64,000 nucleotides of DNA from Kiritimatiellia bacterium (lineage in GTDB: Bacteria > Verrucomicrobiota > Kiritimatiellia > JAAZAB01): positions 34,587 through 98,586 of the forward strand of contig JBAZEM010000003.1 of assembly GCA_041653875.1 (NCBI GenBank). Reading direction: 5' to 3'. The position numbers and the translations under genes are program-made. Positions 60,445-64,000 of the stretch are shown here, one piece after another (positions within the stretch are counted from its first letter, which is position 1; the number at the start of each line of letters is the position of its first letter). Under the pieces are notes generated by a model. It saw only the letters and a program-made list of their open reading frames with translations. It had not been told where the DNA came from and did not search any database.

Positions 60445-63400
60445 TCAGGGCAGAACGGGAATATCTCCCAAGCGTCCCATGGGGTAGTCCCACGCCAACG
60501 GCACGCCATCGAGCGTTATAATATACCAACGCCATCTGGCCGTATCGTACAATGCAAGGTCGGCGCCCCCCGCCCCGTCATAATTGCCGGGGGCCGGCGC
60601 CAATGTTGAAGAAAGCGCCTCTCCGCCAAACGGATAAATCGCAAGGCCATAACCCCGGTCCGTCAAAGTCGTGGATGGCGCGATGTACCAGCGCCCGGCC
60701 GCCGTCTCATATACCGCCGGATCTGTCAGACCATCGCCGTCGTAGTCCGTCGGCACGGGCACAAAGCCAGTGCCCCCGAATGTTCCCGAAACGACTGACC
60801 GGCTCGTGCTGAAAAACAGGAACCACAATCCCGAAGTGCGATGATAGACGCCAATATCCACTTTGCCGTCGCCATCATAATCTCCCGACTGCAAGGGCGC
60901 ATATCCCGGACCGCCAAATATTCCGGAGACCTGCTGGTAGCCGCTGCCGCTCAGCAACAACATCCATAGCCCGGTCTTTTCCAGATAGACGGCCGGATCG
61001 GTTTTGCCGTCCCCATCATAATCGCCCGGCATGCCCACGAAATCATCTCCGGACCATTGCTGCAGTTCAATGACCCGAGCGCTTGTCTCGCCCACTTGCT
61101 GCGCATACCAGCTCCCGCTCGCCGGACGATAGATCCCCATCCAGGTGATGCCATCGCCGGTGTAATCTCCAGGCACGGCCTGGTATCCTACCCCGCCCAA
61201 ATACTGGGTCGCAGCATAGTTGCTCAGCAGATTCCTGATTTCCCAGGCGCCGTTGGCTTCCCGATACAACACCAGATCCGATGCCCCCGACAGTCCGCCC
61301 TGGAAATCGAACCCCTTAAAGCTGTGAAGGGTTATGGCAATTTTAAATGTTTGCGGCGATCCGTAGGCCAACTTGCCTGATCCTGAATCGATCGCATCGA
61401 TCTGCACCGTGCCGCGATAAACTATTTCCGGCGCCATATCGGTGGTATCCGCCTGAACCCGCACCGCAACCATGTTGCCCGTGCTCGTGCCCGATGCCGG
61501 CGTCACACTCAACCAGCTCACCGAAGGAGTGACCGTGAAAAACATGGCCCCGGGCATATTCCCGCCGTTCCATACATGCACAACCGAGTCCGGCGGCGTC
61601 GTGCCCTTGCGCACGGTATAGTCATATTCCGCATGCGCATCGGTCGCCAACGTCGCAAAGGGCGTAACCGAGAGCGCCACCGCAACATACTGGGTCGCAT
61701 CCCGCGCGCTGTCCTCATGCGTTCCGTCCCAGGCCCGGCCCACGACCGTAATCAGCGCATTCGTAGTTCCCACCGGCAGGTTCGCCGTGCTGTATTGCAC
61801 TTCGACCCGCATATGTTGCCCCGTACTGCTGCCGCTTGAGGATGTCAGCACCAGCCACGGCGTAAGGCCCTTCGAGACCGTATATCGCAACGTGTAAAAT
61901 CCATTTGCATTCCAAACATCGAAACCCTGGCTGGCCGCATCCCGCCCCTGCAATACGGTTTGGGATAAATTGGTCAAACTCAAGGCCAGGCGCGATCGCG
62001 GGTTCACCTGCGCCGTGACCGGGATGGTGACCGGCGAGCCGGTGGCCGGCAAAGAGCCGGGGGTGGCGGTTGTCGCCGCTATGGTAATGCTCCCGGGATA
62101 GTTGGACGGCACATCCCCGGCCGACCGCAGCGAACCGAGCGCCGGATAACTTATCGTCAGGATGTTCGTCGCCAGCGGCGCCAAGGAGTAGTTGTTTGTC
62201 GCCAGCACGGCGAGCCAGTTCGTGCCTGCGTTCCCCTGATTCGTCGCAATTTGATATACGATCCCATAATCCGCGCTCCCGTTCCAGACCTGCATGAATT
62301 GCGACGCGGCGTTTTGCCCCTCCATCGTCGTTTTCGTTATTGAGGACGGACTGACGTTCAGCATCGGCGCCGCCCGCACGGTGAGAATCACGTTCAGGGT
62401 GGCGCTCATGGTTTCGCTTCCGCCATCCGTTGCCGTGATCGTGATTGTGCCGTGATTTTCCCCCAGCGCCAGCCCCGCCGTATTTGTGTAGGTGACCACG
62501 ATCGTATTTGTCGCATTCGCCGTTTGCCCTGTCAAACTTCCGGCCGTTTGGCTCAATACCATCCAAGGCTGGTTCGTGGCAACGGTGTAAGTCAATACGC
62601 CCGGCCCCGCATTCCATACCCGGAAACTATCGGCGCCCCATTCCCCCTGCATGACGGCATTCGTCAATTGGGCGGGGGCGCGCTGTAATTCCATCACCTG
62701 CAGGACAAACGTCACCGTCACGCTCTCCGGATCCAAGAAAGTGTCTTCACTTGTGGCCGCCACCGTTACGCTCCCTGTGTACGAACCCGCAACAAGGGCT
62801 ACGGATGAGTTCGTCACCGCCAGCGTGGTCGTATTCCCGGCGGCCACGGAGCCGGTCGTCGGTCCCATCCCTATCCATGGGGCGACAGTACTTGCGGTCC
62901 AGTTCATCCCGGTCTCTCCCTGGTTGGAGATGGTCAGATCGATATTGGTGGGGTAACCCCGTATTACTAAATTGGTCGCGCCGGCAGGCGTAACGCTCAA
63001 ATACGGATTTACGGGCGGTGGGTTCGTCACCGAGACATTATCGATAAACGACGTGGTCATGCCGTTATAGACGCTAAAACCCGTGAAACTGGTCAGATTC
63101 GTGTTGGAAAACCTGATGTTGTTGGCCACCAGAACATGGCTGTTCGTCGTTACGTTGTACAAACCCCAGCTGTGATTCGCATAATTCAGCCGTATTTGCA
63201 CACTCACCCAGTTGGTCCCGTTTGTCCCCACACCGCCTTGCGCGGACTCCACCCAGTTGGTCGAGTTGGTTACGGATGGCGAAGCGGGGCCATTATGCAC
63301 CACAAAATTGCCGTTGCTTTTGATGTAAAAAAGCACCGCCTTGTTCGCGTCCACCACGGGGGGATTCGTTGGGGCGTAAAAGACCGGCCTCAGATCCGTC

Positions 63401-63690
63401 TGAACCCAGACATTGGTGATCTCGGCAGTGTTAACGAACAGATTGGTGAGCGCGTCGTCCTCCGGAATCATGGCGGCGTTCGTTCCCGTGCTGACCGTAT
63501 TGGTCTGCACCACGATGTCATTGGAACTTCCGTACCAGCCGTTCGTGCCGTTAACCAGGGGGGTAAGGTTGGTGTAGGCCTCGAAATCATCGGAGAAGGG
63601 AATAACGCTGAAGGTTTGGGCAAAGCCCCCGGAGGCGGTCAGAGCGATGACCGCCGCTGCAATCGCCGACATCCAGGATGATTTGCGCAT
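60445..63690 (-). CDS. Secreted giant repeat protein (LamG-like N-terminus + ~5 Ig/BACON-like modules + FG-GAP beta-propeller)
   Basis: Signal peptide MRKSSWMSAIAAAVIALTASGGFAQ. N-terminal DDFEAYTN...NGTNGWYG. Recurrent ~90-aa modules (LTNAVMQGEWGADSFRVWNAG...TYTVATNQPWMVL...). C-terminal DYTGDGITWMGIY, DYDGDGKTDPAVY, DYDGDGKVDIGVY, DYDGDGLTDPAVY. Confidence 0.85.
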   Translation of the reverse strand: MRKSSWMSAIAAAVIALTASGGFAQTFSVIPFSDDFEAYTNLTPLVNGTNGWYGSSNDIVVQTNTVSTGTNAAMIPEDDALTNLFVNTAEITNVWVQTDLRPVFYAPTNPPVVDANKAVLFYIKSNGNFVVHNGPASPSVTNSTNWVESAQGGVGTNGTNWVSVQIRLNYANHSWGLYNVTTNSHVLVANNIRFSNTNLTSFTGFSVYNGMTTSFIDNVSVTNPPPVNPYLSVTPAGATNLVIRGYPTNIDLTISNQGETGMNWTASTVAPWIGMGPTTGSVAAGNTTTLAVTNSSVALVAGSYTGSVTVAATSEDTFLDPESVTVTFVLQVMELQRAPAQLTNAVMQGEWGADSFRVWNAGPGVLTYTVATNQPWMVLSQTAGSLTGQTANATNTIVVTYTNTAGLALGENHGTITITATDGGSETMSATLNVILTVRAAPMLNVSPSSITKTTMEGQNAASQFMQVWNGSADYGIVYQIATNQGNAGTNWLAVLATNNYSLAPLATNILTISYPALGSLRSAGDVPSNYPGSITIAATTATPGSLPATGSPVTIPVTAQVNPRSRLALSLTNLSQTVLQGRDAASQGFDVWNANGFYTLRYTVSKGLTPWLVLTSSSGSSTGQHMRVEVQYSTANLPVGTTNALITVVGRAWDGTHEDSARDATQYVAVALSVTPFATLATDAHAEYDYTVRKGTTPPDSVVHVWNGGNMPGAMFFTVTPSVSWLSVTPASGTSTGNMVAVRVQADTTDMAPEIVYRGTVQIDAIDSGSGKLAYGSPQTFKIAITLHSFKGFDFQGGLSGASDLVLYREANGAWEIRNLLSNYAATQYLGGVGYQAVPGDYTGDGITWMGIYRPASGSWYAQQVGETSARVIELQQWSGDDFVGMPGDYDGDGKTDPAVYLEKTGLWMLLLSGSGYQQVSGIFGGPGYAPLQSGDYDGDGKVDIGVYHRTSGLWFLFFSTSRSVVSGTFGGTGFVPVPTDYDGDGLTDPAVYETAAGRWYIAPSTTLTDRGYGLAIYPFGGEALSSTLAPAPGNYDGAGGADLALYDTARWRWYIITLDGVPLAWDYPMGRLGDIPVLP

Positions 63691-64000
63691 GATCGACGGG
63701 CCTTTCGTTAAGGCAATCGGTTCAGCCTTGCAAGTTTTTCGCCGGTGGGCGATAAAACGCAATTGTGACGTATCCTTTTACATTAAAATGCAATACGTTT
63801 TCAGAATAGCAAATAGACTGCCGCCGTCAATAATATTTTGTCTGGTTTTTGCGATAAGCCCCTGTTGCAAGGGATGGATGCGGGAACGGATTGATATTGA
63901 ATATCGCGTGGACATGCCGTATTGTAACGCCTCATGAAAACACGCCTTACACCACGATCGCGCAAGGAACCGTATCCCGAACTGACGCTTCTGCGGCGGC

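Noticed and set aside
63934-64000. Possible start of a plus-strand gene at the window edge (MKTRLTPRSRKEPYPELTLLRR...).
   Set aside because: Only 22 codons are visible, which is too short to support any call.
1-64000. tRNA, rRNA, tmRNA, transposase, integrase and prophage genes.
   Set aside because: I scanned the non-coding gaps and the ORF translations by eye. No cloverleaf-like sequences, rRNA signatures, DDE/serine/tyrosine recombinase motifs or phage structural genes were recognised. A tRNAscan-SE/Infernal run is needed to be definitive.

Overview
GC-rich chromosomal segment, clearly above 60% G+C by eye (not computed), from a diderm bacterium. Diderm evidence: an LpxL-type acyltransferase, beta-barrel OMP candidates ending in Phe, and a GspC-like protein. 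The repeat vocabulary and the giant FG-GAP/Ig-like surface proteins are reminiscent of the PVC superphylum, but the taxon cannot be fixed from this window. About 45 real genes are present, mostly housekeeping. They are: addB-addA; argF-pyrB; a convergent pyrE-pyrC-argG operon; a P-type Ca/Mn-type ATPase divergent from a UPF0016/GDT1 transporter; ispH, metG, lipA, tyrA-aroA, a cmk-plsC fusion, rpe, lepA-lepB; and a clear type-A RNase P RNA (rnpB, minus strand, about 56370-56830) that the ORF track cannot show. Accessory or unusual content: (1) The best candidate for an undescribed system is a visibly lower-GC islet (about 12.1-14.1 kb). It carries a translationally coupled ABC/SMC-head-type ATPase plus a DUF4276-like protein, with its own sigma70-like promoter and a palindromic operator. 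The architecture is analogous to the ATPase+TOPRIM defence pairs (OLD, PARIS, AbiL). (2) A roughly 10.7 kb envelope-glycan cluster (16.5-27.2 kb) is wedged between the arg/pyr operons. It reads like an Arn/Gtr-type periplasmic glycosylation route plus two unexplained genes. (3) A mazEF toxin-antitoxin insertion. (4) Three paralogous giant FG-GAP/Fn3/Ig-like surface proteins. (5) A dense population of palindromic repeat families. This includes two near-identical copies of a roughly 225-bp highly structured element ending just before start codons. It also includes several palindromes embedded in frame inside addA and in the 3' ends of other genes. No tRNA, rRNA, CRISPR array, transposase or integrase was found. 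Many long ORFs on the track are antisense shadow ORFs typical of high-GC DNA and were rejected.
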